IMG/VR virus record: IMGVR_UViG_3300045988_120837
Coordinates: 1 to 39,554 of that record
Reading direction: 5' to 3' (one strand)
DNA length: 39,554 nt
From: a virus
Position 1 is the first letter of the stretch. Each line of letters opens with the position of its first letter. Below the pieces are notes generated by a model, which ran no database searches, was not told the origin of the DNA, and saw nothing but the letters and a program-made list of their open reading frames with translations. A program made the position numbers and the translations under genes. Of this stretch, positions 1-7,867 are shown piece after piece.

Positions 1-141
1 AACCAGACCGGCGGTTACACTTACATTAAGCCGGGCAAGGGGCTGTACGTATACGACAGGCGCGAGGACGACAACCCTACCATGTGCATCCAGATCGGCG
101 GAGGCTACTTCCGAATCGCCGACGGCAAGAATGCGGACGGC
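1..141. repeat. Terminal direct repeat, copy 1 (identical to 39414..39554)
   Basis: Base-by-base identity of nt 1-141 with nt 39414-39554. The repeat lies inside a coding region. Confidence 0.95.
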
Positions 142-1614
142 ACGTGGAACTTCCGCACGCTGGGCAACGGCCATGGGCTTGTTGCCGATGCCCTCGTAGC
201 GGGAACAATCGACGCCAATCTCATCCGCGCCGGCGTGCTGCAGGACAAGACCGGCACTAATTATTGGAATCTCGACACTGGAGATTTTAGGCTTGCTGCA
301 GGCGCCCAGCTCGGCGGCAAGGACATCGCGACAACCGATACAGCTATCAAGTCGGTCGTCAAGCTGTACGCCAAGAACATGAGCGACACGGTTCCGCCGA
401 CCGATGCCTCGAATCCCGAGCTTAGCTGGTCTGAGGAGATGCCGACGTGGAGCGACGGTTACTATATCTGGTCCATGAAGCGCATCACCATGGGCGACGA
501 TACCGTTCGATATACGACCCCTGTCCTTGAGAGCGCGTACAACAAGGCGTGCCAGAGCGCACACGATCTAGACAGCTCGCTAACCGATCTCGATAGCACC
601 GTGCAGGACCTCGCAAAGGACGGTGTGGTAACCGAGGCCGAGAAGGCGGCCGTGAAGAAGGCCATGCAGAATGTCGACAAGGAGCGCGAGGAGCTAAGCG
701 ACCAGTACAGGACGCTCAAGGCGAACAGCGCGCTTAATTCGCAGTATGTCCTGAATGTCCTTACGCCGAAATACACGGCTGCATTCGGCTCGACTGCCGA
801 GGGCGGCACGTACGGCGAATACTGCGACCGCGTCAACGACGTGCTCAAGTGCAAGACCGCCAAAGCGCTCGAGACTGCGATTCTCGAGTACAACAGCGCC
901 TACAGCGCCTACTCGACGGCCGTGAAGGAGTACGCCGCCGCAGCGACGGCAGCACAGCACGCAATTGAGCAGAAGAACGCCAACGACTATGCAGACGGCA
1001 TCCTGAGCTCCTACGACGAGCAACTCGGGCAGCAGAAGATCTTTAACAGGCTGACCAACAACGGCGCCACTCAAGGCGTCTACATGGAGAGCGGCAAGCT
1101 CTACATCAACGCCAGCTACATGTCCGCAGGTACCATCGCGGACGCAAAAGGCCGCAACAGCTGGAACCTCAAGACCGGCAAGTTGACGACTAACTATATG
1201 ACCGCCAACAACATCACTGCCGGCGGCACATTCAAATGCGGCAGCAGCAACTACTATACGATGCTCAACTCGACGGGTCAGATGGCCGGGTACAGGCCGA
1301 CGACGAGCGGGTCCGCCAGCAAGGTCGCCTACATCGACTTCACGGCATCGACGTACAACAACGTCGACAAGAAGACTTACTACGGTATCCAGATGCAGGC
1401 ACAGGGCAGCGTCCGCATCTCGTCTCCGAGTATCTCGACGGCGGCGACATCCAGCACGAGCGTAACGACCACCACTGGTCGCACTGAGACGATCTCGCAA
1501 CAGCTGGTGTCGTCCGTACGCGACAACGGCAACACCATCAACTGGACGTACGGCAACTTCACGCTAGGCATGATAAACGGGCTGGTCACGTCGGTCGGCC
1601 TCGTAGGAACATGA
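1..1614 (+). CDS. Tail-tip / tail-associated (Tal-type) fibre protein, C-terminal part (5' partial in the linear window)
   Basis: Same reading frame as the ORF that opens at 38193 and runs off the 3' end. Stop is TGA 1612-1614. It has a coiled-coil middle and a beta-rich C-terminus and follows Dit in the tail module. Confidence 0.85.
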   Translation, partial: NQTGGYTYIKPGKGLYVYDRREDDNPTMCIQIGGGYFRIADGKNADGTWNFRTLGNGHGLVADALVAGTIDANLIRAGVLQDKTGTNYWNLDTGDFRLAAGAQLGGKDIATTDTAIKSVVKLYAKNMSDTVPPTDASNPELSWSEEMPTWSDGYYIWSMKRITMGDDTVRYTTPVLESAYNKACQSAHDLDSSLTDLDSTVQDLAKDGVVTEAEKAAVKKAMQNVDKEREELSDQYRTLKANSALNSQYVLNVLTPKYTAAFGSTAEGGTYGEYCDRVNDVLKCKTAKALETAILEYNSAYSAYSTAVKEYAAAATAAQHAIEQKNANDYADGILSSYDEQLGQQKIFNRLTNNGATQGVYMESGKLYINASYMSAGTIADAKGRNSWNLKTGKLTTNYMTANNITAGGTFKCGSSNYYTMLNSTGQMAGYRPTTSGSASKVAYIDFTASTYNNVDKKTYYGIQMQAQGSVRISSPSISTAATSSTSVTTTTGRTETISQQLVSSVRDNGNTINWTYGNFTLGMINGLVTSVGLVGT

Positions 1615-1630
1615 TGGGAAGGATTAAGAA

Positions 1631-2026
1631 ATGTCTCATATCGTCGATTATCTTATTCACGATCCACTTGGCAATGTCGAAGGGCAGCTCGGGGACTATG
1701 ACCCCGTGCGCCTCGAGGAGGCCGAGAAGAACGGCATGATCTTCATCGCCGTCATGGACGACGGCGAGCGCAAGCTCGTTAAGGCAGCAGACGTGAGCAA
1801 GCCAAAGCAGCAAAATCAGTATTTCACTGTGGCGAAGCCCGAGTACGTCGATGAGCGCACGCAGGCGACCGTGGCCGTGTTTGACGCGCTCGCGGATATC
1901 GTCAACCCGCAGACGGCGGCAGCTGACGAGAATGGCAGCGATGAGCAGCCGGTAGCTGACCCTATTACGGCATTCGAGAATGCGCTGAATAAGTTGAAGA
2001 GTCTCCAAAACGGCGACCAGTCATAA
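1631..2026 (+). CDS. Hypothetical acidic protein in the tail-fibre region
   Basis: ATG with a GAAGGA RBS 17 nt after the previous stop. Codon bias matches neighbouring genes. No motif recognised. Confidence 0.7.
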   Translation: MSHIVDYLIHDPLGNVEGQLGDYDPVRLEEAEKNGMIFIAVMDDGERKLVKAADVSKPKQQNQYFTVAKPEYVDERTQATVAVFDALADIVNPQTAAADENGSDEQPVADPITAFENALNKLKSLQNGDQS

Positions 2027-2094
2027 CGGCCGCAAGAGGGGGACGAGAGGTCGACCATCTTTCTGATTAGTAGGTAATAAGAAAGGTGGTCGAC

Positions 2095-4347
2095 ATGGCT
2101 CTCGATAACTTCCGGCGCATCGTGATCAAGATTGACACTGCCAATGATTACATTGCTCCAATCATCCTGTCGCGCGGTGACGTCAACGGCCGTACATTGG
2201 TGGTCAAACTTACCGACAACGGCAAACCGGTGACCAACACGGACGGCCTCGTTGTCAAGCTGGCCTATAAGTCTGCTGGACAAACCTCCGGCTGGGTCAA
2301 GACGATGACAAAGGTGGGCGGCTATGACACGGCGGCATGGTCGTGCTCGGCTCCCGGTAGCGTGCTCAACTCCGAATACGCAATTATGTGCATCCAGATC
2401 TGCCAGGGTTCCGACGTGGTCTGCTCCCGCACGTTCCGCGCAGCGGTCGACAAGCCGATCATCAATTTGAACCCCGGCACGGATGAGGGCGATGCGGTCA
2501 AGGCACTGCAGGAGATGCTTGCGTCCCTGGATGAGCAGCAAGCCAAATTCGATGCAGCGGAAAAGAAGCGCGAGCAAGACTTCAAGAACGCCGAGACCAA
2601 GGTCAACGCATCGGTCATCACGAATGTCGATGTGACGACCCTCGGCCCCGGCAGCGAGGCGACTGTCTCAATCGTCAAGGGCGAGAGCGGTCAAGCCCTC
2701 ACGCTCGGGATACCGCGGGGCGCGAAGGGCGACACTGGCGCTAAGGGCGACCGGGGCGAGAAGGGCGAGCAGGGGCCGCAGGGCATCAAAGGCCCCCAAG
2801 GCCCTAAAGGCCTCCAAGGCGATGTCGGCCCTCAAGGCGAGCGGGGCATCCAAGGGCCCAAAGGCCCCCAGGGTCCCAAAGGCGAGACCGGCCCTCAAGG
2901 CGAACAAGGCCCGCAGGGCCCTAAGGGTCCCAAGGGCGATCCGTTCACCTACTCGGATTTCACAGAAGACCAGATCAATAACTTGAAGAATGGTCCCAAG
3001 GGCGACAAGGGCGACCCGGGCGAAACCGGCCCACAGGGTCCGCAGGGCATCCAAGGCCCGCAAGGCCCCAAGGGCGATCCGTTTACCTACTCGGATTTCA
3101 CAGAGGCGCAGATTGCCGGACTGAAGGGGCCGCAAGGCCCCAAGGGCGAGACCGGCCCGCGGGGCGAGCAAGGTCCCAAGGGCGACGTCGGCCCCCAAGG
3201 CCCGAATGGCATTCAGGGCGAGAAGGGCGACAAGGGCGACCCGGGCGAGACCGGCCCTCAAGGCCCGAAGGGTCCGCAAGGTCTTCAAGGCCCACAGGGT
3301 CTTCAAGGTCCGCAAGGCGACACCGGTCCTGCGGGTGTTCAGGGAAAGCCCGGGCCTCAAGGTCTGCAGGGCGACGTCGGCCCGCAGGGTCCCAAGGGCG
3401 ACAAGGGTGACCCGTTCACCTATGCCGACTTCACAGAGGCACAGATTGCCGGATTGAAGGGTCCCAAGGGTGAGAGGGGCGAACAGGGTCCCAAGGGTGA
3501 GACCGGCCCACAGGGTCCGCGGGGCCCGCAGGGCCCCAAGGGCGAACCGGGCGGCACCGGCGGCGCGTCAGCCCGGGCTGGCGGTCAAGACCTCTCTGTG
3601 GTGCTGGCTGACAAAATCTCGGCATCCGGCGGCACAGTCTATTCGGTACTGCATGAGCTTGTCGCAAGCGAGGACTTCTCGAACATCATGGTCGGCGATT
3701 ATCTCGAAGTCCAGATCTCGAACGTCTCTGTGACTTTAGACAGCAACATACGTTTCGTCGTGGCGCACATCAATCCGTACAAGGGGGTAGGCAAATCCGA
3801 GACCGCGAGCCATATAGCCCTCGTCTCGGCGCAGCCACTGATGGTCGACTCTATGTACACTTACGTCACCGGTGGCTCGTGCCTGCTGTGGAACTCCTCC
3901 AACACGAACAATTCTGATTCCGGCGGGTGTCCGTACGTAGATTCTGTCCTGCATAAATGGGAAACCACGCTCGTTACAGACTTGCCTTACCAGTTCGCGC
4001 AATATGCCATCGAAAGGCAGGCCTACCTCGAAAAGCGCTACGACAGCTCCAGCGATTCGACTGGCAACTCGTGGACAAGCATCGGAAAGCTCTGGTCTCT
4101 GTCCGAAAAAGAGGTGTTCGGGTGCGACGTGCTGGGCACGAAGGGCTACTCGGTCGGGGCGGATGTCCAGTTCGACCTCTTCAAATCGGGGGATGCCCTA
4201 ACCGGCGGCAGAAAGTCGTGGTGGCTGCGCACCGTTGCCGGAGGCTCGACAACTAAGGCCTGCTATGTGGACTCCACCGGTGCACCGATGGTGAAAGACG
4301 TGACCGGCGCGTATGTCAGGCCCCGCGTGGCCCTGCTTTTCGGGTAG
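2095..4347 (+). CDS. BppU-like tail fibre / receptor-binding protein with a collagen-like stalk
   Basis: The N-terminus (..[24 protein letters not shown]..) resembles BppU-type baseplate anchors. About 280 codons are Gly-X-Y repeats. The C-terminus has SVLHKW...LSEKEV...WWLRT...VRPRVAL motifs, as in DUF6273-type binding domains. ATG 2095 has a GAAAGG RBS; the track start is GTG 2086. Confidence 0.85.
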   Translation: MALDNFRRIVIKIDTANDYIAPIILSRGDVNGRTLVVKLTDNGKPVTNTDGLVVKLAYKSAGQTSGWVKTMTKVGGYDTAAWSCSAPGSVLNSEYAIMCIQICQGSDVVCSRTFRAAVDKPIINLNPGTDEGDAVKALQEMLASLDEQQAKFDAAEKKREQDFKNAETKVNASVITNVDVTTLGPGSEATVSIVKGESGQALTLGIPRGAKGDTGAKGDRGEKGEQGPQGIKGPQGPKGLQGDVGPQGERGIQGPKGPQGPKGETGPQGEQGPQGPKGPKGDPFTYSDFTEDQINNLKNGPKGDKGDPGETGPQGPQGIQGPQGPKGDPFTYSDFTEAQIAGLKGPQGPKGETGPRGEQGPKGDVGPQGPNGIQGEKGDKGDPGETGPQGPKGPQGLQGPQGLQGPQGDTGPAGVQGKPGPQGLQGDVGPQGPKGDKGDPFTYADFTEAQIAGLKGPKGERGEQGPKGETGPQGPRGPQGPKGEPGGTGGASARAGGQDLSVVLADKISASGGTVYSVLHELVASEDFSNIMVGDYLEVQISNVSVTLDSNIRFVVAHINPYKGVGKSETASHIALVSAQPLMVDSMYTYVTGGSCLLWNSSNTNNSDSGGCPYVDSVLHKWETTLVTDLPYQFAQYAIERQAYLEKRYDSSSDSTGNSWTSIGKLWSLSEKEVFGCDVLGTKGYSVGADVQFDLFKSGDALTGGRKSWWLRTVAGGSTTKACYVDSTGAPMVKDVTGAYVRPRVALLFG
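2707..3565 (+). repeat. Collagen-like Gly-X-Y coding repeat region with three near-identical interruptions
   Basis: Continuous GxyGxy translation. The interruption GDPFTY(S/A)DFTE(D/A)QI..LK occurs three times, at about nt 2935, 3073 and 3406, with near-identical DNA. Confidence 0.9.
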
Positions 4348-4367
4348 GTTTGACAATCCAATCTCTT

Positions 4368-4420
4368 AGAAATCCCAGACGATTCGCATGGTAGACCTCA
4401 GCGTTTCGTCTGGGATTTCT
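4368..4420 (+). terminator. Long perfect hairpin downstream of the fibre gene (terminator-like, no U-tract)
   Basis: agaaatcccagacga (4368-4382) pairs perfectly with tcgtctgggatttct (4406-4420), with a 23-nt loop. It sits 21 nt after the stop codon. Confidence 0.4.
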
Positions 4421-4491
4421 GCCTTTAAAGCGCGGGGGACGGTACCTCGATACTCGCGTTAAGCAACAGGCATAGGAGGGGAGGTGAGTGG

Positions 4492-4905
4492 ATGGAAGTG
4501 CTAAAGCTCTTTGCGCCCTATGGCCCAGGGTGGCTCGGCGGCGCGGCGCTTACGCTAATCGCCTTTTACTTCGGTAAACAATTCCTTGAAGAATACAAGC
4601 GTCAGAACGAGCGCAAAAGCGAGATTGATCTGAAGCGCGAGGAGCGCAAGCAGGACGAGGTCAAGGAGCGTGCCCAGCGCGACCGTGAGCGGTCGGAGAT
4701 GGAGGGCCGCATCGCCGCCCAGATGGAGCGCTCGAACTCATTGATGGAGGCCATGAAGACCCTTATGGAATCGGTCGTCACATCCAATGAGGTCCTGCAC
4801 AACGACCTTGCGCACAGTCAGGCGAGAAGCCAAGGAATGGCAGAGAAAGTCGACCACATCTGCGATCGGGTCGACCTGATCTACAACAAGGAATCAGGCA
4901 GATAG
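4492..4905 (+). CDS. Membrane-anchored coiled-coil protein, first gene of the lysis cassette
   Basis: Strong RBS (GGAGGGGAGGTGAG). One N-terminal hydrophobic helix (WLGGAALTLIAFYF) is followed by a K/E/R-rich helical region. It lies directly upstream of the holin. Confidence 0.7.
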   Translation: MEVLKLFAPYGPGWLGGAALTLIAFYFGKQFLEEYKRQNERKSEIDLKREERKQDEVKERAQRDRERSEMEGRIAAQMERSNSLMEAMKTLMESVVTSNEVLHNDLAHSQARSQGMAEKVDHICDRVDLIYNKESGR

Positions 4906-4913
4906 GAGAACGA

Positions 4914-5219
4914 ATGAATGAGATTCAGGCTGGCTTGACGGTGTGCACGGTGCTGGTCGTGCCGTACATCGTGCAGGCCATCAAATCAAAGGCCATGACC
5001 GGCAATATGGCGCGCTGGATTGCCATTGCAGTATCAGCGCTGTGTGGCGCATTGACGGCCATGGCAGGAGGTATGCCGACTGACCCCTCGGCATGGGTTA
5101 CGTCCATCTTCGCCTGCGTTGGCGGCGTGCAGGTAGCCTATGCGGCATTTAAGACCGTAGGTGTGACCGACAAGTGGCTCGATGCACTTCTTGCATTGGG
5201 CGATATCAAGAAGGACTAG
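4914..5219 (+). CDS. Holin (three predicted transmembrane helices)
   Basis: 101 aa with three hydrophobic segments and a charged C-terminus (GDIKKD). It lies immediately upstream of the endolysin, with a GGAG RBS. Confidence 0.75.
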   Translation: MNEIQAGLTVCTVLVVPYIVQAIKSKAMTGNMARWIAIAVSALCGALTAMAGGMPTDPSAWVTSIFACVGGVQVAYAAFKTVGVTDKWLDALLALGDIKKD

Positions 5220-5221
5220 TC

Positions 5222-6181
5222 ATGGCGATCACCCAGCGCGAGGCATTCGCGCAGGTCATGGAGCACCTCGTCACACATAACGGCGGCTTCGGCCATGGTT
5301 ACTCCCAGTACAGCCGCATGGGCGACGGCACCACGGAGACCATCAGGCTTTCTGATGGCACGACCGTGACCATTGCCGGGGGCGACCGTGATTGCTCGTC
5401 GGCGGTCATCACGGCCTTGCGCGCGGTCGGCATCCACACTTTTGGAGCCAGCTATACCGGCAACATGAAGGCCGAGCTGCTCAAGACCGGACTGTTCGTC
5501 TGGCAGGCGATGGGCGTTGCTAGCGCCAAGCGCGGTGACATCTACCTCAACGAGAAGCACCACACCGCCGTGTGCATTTCCGGGTATGGATCCAAGCGCG
5601 GCGACCTGTTGGCTCAATTCTCCATCAGCGAGAAGGGCACCATCACCGGCACCAAGGGCGACCAGACGGGGCGCGAGTCGAACATCAAGCCGTACTACAG
5701 CTACCCTTGGGACGGCAAGCTAGTATGGAAGTCGGACGGAAAGGTGCTCAACGGCTCCAACACCGAGGTCAAGGACAACACCGACCCTGACTTGGGCGAC
5801 ACCCGCTATTGGGGCCCCAAGTTCAACAGGGCCCTCCAGAAGCAGCTCGGCACGACCGTCGATGGGGTAATGTCCAGCCAGTGGCTGTCCAACAAGCCCT
5901 ACTTCTGGGCGACCGACAGAGGCATCGAGTGGACGAAGACGGGAAAGGGCGTCGGCTCGGACATGGTGCTCGCGCTGCAGAAGAAGGTCGGCTGCAAGAT
6001 TTACCCGGAATTCTGTGGAGTGCAGGCACGCCAAATGAGCCCCGGCACCATCAAGAGGCACCAGCAATGGCTCATAGATCACGGCATCTCGTGCGGCCCG
6101 GACGGTGCTGACGGGTACAACGGGCCGAACACCAACAGAGCGATCGCTCAGGCAATAAAGCGCAAGCTTTATGCGGCTTAG
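5222..6181 (+). CDS. Endolysin: Amidase_5/Pal-like cysteine peptidoglycan hydrolase with C-terminal PG-binding-like repeats
   Basis: The motifs GDRDCSSAVITALRAVG, AKRGDIYL and HHTAVCI resemble phage Dp-1 Pal-type Amidase_5. Two C-terminal segments are PG_binding_1-like (..LQKQLGTTVDGVMS.., ..DGYNGPNTNRAIAQAI..). ATG 5222 follows the holin stop; track start 5174 is in the same frame. Confidence 0.8.
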   Translation: MAITQREAFAQVMEHLVTHNGGFGHGYSQYSRMGDGTTETIRLSDGTTVTIAGGDRDCSSAVITALRAVGIHTFGASYTGNMKAELLKTGLFVWQAMGVASAKRGDIYLNEKHHTAVCISGYGSKRGDLLAQFSISEKGTITGTKGDQTGRESNIKPYYSYPWDGKLVWKSDGKVLNGSNTEVKDNTDPDLGDTRYWGPKFNRALQKQLGTTVDGVMSSQWLSNKPYFWATDRGIEWTKTGKGVGSDMVLALQKKVGCKIYPEFCGVQARQMSPGTIKRHQQWLIDHGISCGPDGADGYNGPNTNRAIAQAIKRKLYAA

Positions 6182-6193
6182 TCTGGAGCTTAT

Positions 6194-6286
6194 ATGCTAG
6201 GCAACATCATCATGATGCTTTTAGGCGCACAGCTGGGAACAGCCGTCGGTGTGCTCGCCATGTGCATCTTCATTAACCGCAAATAG
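6194..6286 (+). CDS. 30-aa hydrophobic peptide after the endolysin (MLGNIIMMLLGAQLGTAVGVLAMCIFINRK)
   Basis: ATG with a GGAG RBS 5 nt upstream, 12 nt after the endolysin stop. The product is a single TM-like helix. It is followed by an intrinsic terminator and is below the ORF-track cut-off. Confidence 0.45.
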   Translation: MLGNIIMMLLGAQLGTAVGVLAMCIFINRK

Positions 6287-6356
6287 CATCTTGCTCGACC
6301 GATGGTGCGGTCAGTACGTCAGGCAGCAGGTACTAATAAAAATGCTTGAAGCCAAT

Positions 6357-6394
6357 GCACCCCTTCACTTTAAACGAAGGGGCGCATTTCTTTG
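6357..6394 (+). terminator. Rho-independent terminator ending the late/lysis operon
   Basis: Stem CCCCTTC (6360-6366) pairs with GAAGGGG (6376-6382), extended by GC pairs. Loop is 9 nt, followed by aTTTCTTTg. Confidence 0.7.
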
Positions 6395-6399
6395 CCAGG

Positions 6400-6611
6400 C
6401 GGACGGCTCGCGTCCTAACTCAGACCATAAGCTCTGAAATATGCAGGTCTATGGAAACCTGCGGAAATGAATAACTGCACTACAGCGAGCTATGGTACTC
6501 TATGGCGGTCTTAGTATGGATTACATCCAGTAGTCGCGAATAGGTACAAACCCGCAGGTAGAACGCTTGCATAAAGGTTTTGCGTCCTAATTTGTCCTTA
6601 CGGGTACCTAA
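6400..6611. other. Candidate attP region next to the integrase
   Basis: Non-coding spacer of lower GC between the lysis terminator and the int 3' end. It contains CTATGG x3 (6449, 6490, 6500), GCGTCCTAA x2 (6410, 6582) and the hairpin GCAGGT-N8-ACCTGC (6443-6462). Confidence 0.4.
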
Positions 6612-7742
6612 CTAATTACCGAAATAGGCTCTATCGACCGCCTCGATGAACATCTGTTTGTCGGGGCGGTCGTAGTTTTTGCCGAGAATATTCTTGGCGG
6701 CGTGCCCCATCATCTTGTCCACCATCTGGGCGGGAACGTTGTACTTCCACAGCATTGCGGTTGCCCAAGTGTTGCGGAGCTTTTGCATCGGAAGGAACCG
6801 AACGCTGATGGAACCGTTCTTGAAGTCGCTGCGCCAAAGCTGGTTGATAGCGGGGCGGTCGTAGGGGCAACCGGTGCCACGATCTGCAAGATACATCTCA
6901 CCGTCTCGCTTGCGATCTTCCGCTATCTCGGCAAGGCGCAGACTCCACGGCTCGGGGATGATGATAGGACGGTAGCTGTCTTTGGTTTTCAGCACCATGA
7001 ACCCCTGCCTGCAAAGACCGTACTGCCGATGGAGGTCATACACGGCATAGGTGTGACCGTTGTACTGCTCGAATGAAATGTCATCCACGCTTGCTGCTAT
7101 CGCTTCGGCCACGCGGCATGAGCCGATACCCATAAGCATCACGACCGATTCATAGCGCTTGCCCTCCACCTCTTTTAGGAGCTGGTGGAGTTCATCGAGC
7201 GTATAGACTTCGAGTTCGGTGCTGGGGGTCTTGTCGTTCTTAGGCATTTTGTACGTCACGTCCTTAAAAGTGATTCCCTTTACGCCGTGAAGCTTGGCGC
7301 ACGTCACGAGGTTTCCAACCGTGATGTTGGACAGTTTGGCAACGGACGGCTTTAGCGTCTTTAGCCACAGCTGGTACTCGTTCACGTCCACCTTGTCGAG
7401 CATCACCTTTTCCCATCGCTTCTCTATGTGCGTTGTCCAGTGATTTACGTACACCCTGCGTGTGTTGTCTGCTAGCTCTCCTTTCTCCACTCGGCTGTTC
7501 AGCTCGGGCAGATACCACTCGTACCAGCATTGCGAGAACGTCGGGCACGGTATCACACGCTCGTTGGGCGGCAGGTGGTGGAGTTGCCAAAGGCGGCGCA
7601 GCTCATCGTCCGCTTCACGCGAGGTGCAGGGGCAGAGCGTCTTTGAGCGGCGCACTCGGTTGAGCCCGTCCCACTCGCACCAGCGGATGCGCCACTTGTT
7701 CTTGGTGATTTTGGTCTTCGTCCCCCATGACGAACGTGTCAT
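6612..7742 (-). CDS. int: Tyrosine site-specific integrase
   Basis: C-terminal catalytic-type motifs are present (..CRVAEA.., ..LRNTWATAML.., ..MMGHAAKNILGKNY..). ATG 7742 lies 12 nt downstream of AGGAGG. The maximal ORF extends to TTG 7784. Confidence 0.85.
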   Translation of the reverse strand: MTRSSWGTKTKITKNKWRIRWCEWDGLNRVRRSKTLCPCTSREADDELRRLWQLHHLPPNERVIPCPTFSQCWYEWYLPELNSRVEKGELADNTRRVYVNHWTTHIEKRWEKVMLDKVDVNEYQLWLKTLKPSVAKLSNITVGNLVTCAKLHGVKGITFKDVTYKMPKNDKTPSTELEVYTLDELHQLLKEVEGKRYESVVMLMGIGSCRVAEAIAASVDDISFEQYNGHTYAVYDLHRQYGLCRQGFMVLKTKDSYRPIIIPEPWSLRLAEIAEDRKRDGEMYLADRGTGCPYDRPAINQLWRSDFKNGSISVRFLPMQKLRNTWATAMLWKYNVPAQMVDKMMGHAAKNILGKNYDRPDKQMFIEAVDRAYFGN

Positions 7743-7842
7743 AATAAAAAAGTCCCTCCTGTCGGGCATAGCCGACTCTAGCAATGCGGATGGGATTGTT
7801 TAGCGCTCCACTGGTCTTGGCGGGTTGGTGGGGCGCTTTCTT

Positions 7843-7867
7843 CTATAAACAGAAAATCTGTTTATAG
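7843..7867 (-). terminator. AT-rich perfect palindrome between the cargo gene and int (terminator or operator)
   Basis: CTATAAACAG-aaaat-CTGTTTATAG abuts the stop codon (7868-7870) of the upstream minus-strand gene. There is no U-tract on the minus strand. Confidence 0.35.

Noticed and set aside
1-141. The 141-bp terminal repeat as genuine packaged direct terminal repeats.
   Set aside because: The repeat interrupts a tail-gene coding sequence. The genome has an HNH-terminase cos-type arrangement elsewhere, and the repeat length equals a common assembler k-mer. An assembly overlap is the simpler explanation. It is still listed as a finding so it can be checked.
2095-4347. The fibre as a possible target of a diversity-generating retroelement (lectin-like variable tip).
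   Set aside because: No reverse-transcriptase ORF exists anywhere in the 39.4-kb genome. I also saw no second near-identical copy (template repeat) of the 3' end of this gene.
6249-6437. 62-aa plus-strand ORF in the track.
   Set aside because: It starts inside the 30-aa peptide ORF in another frame and runs straight through the intrinsic terminator (6357-6394). There is no RBS and the composition is implausible.
6290-6611. A tRNA gene or tRNA 3'-end attP core. The regions 24180..24463 and 25367..25536 were also inspected.
   Set aside because: I could not recognise a T-arm (GGTTCGAATCC-like), cloverleaf symmetry or a CCA-proximal acceptor stem. No tRNA is claimed.
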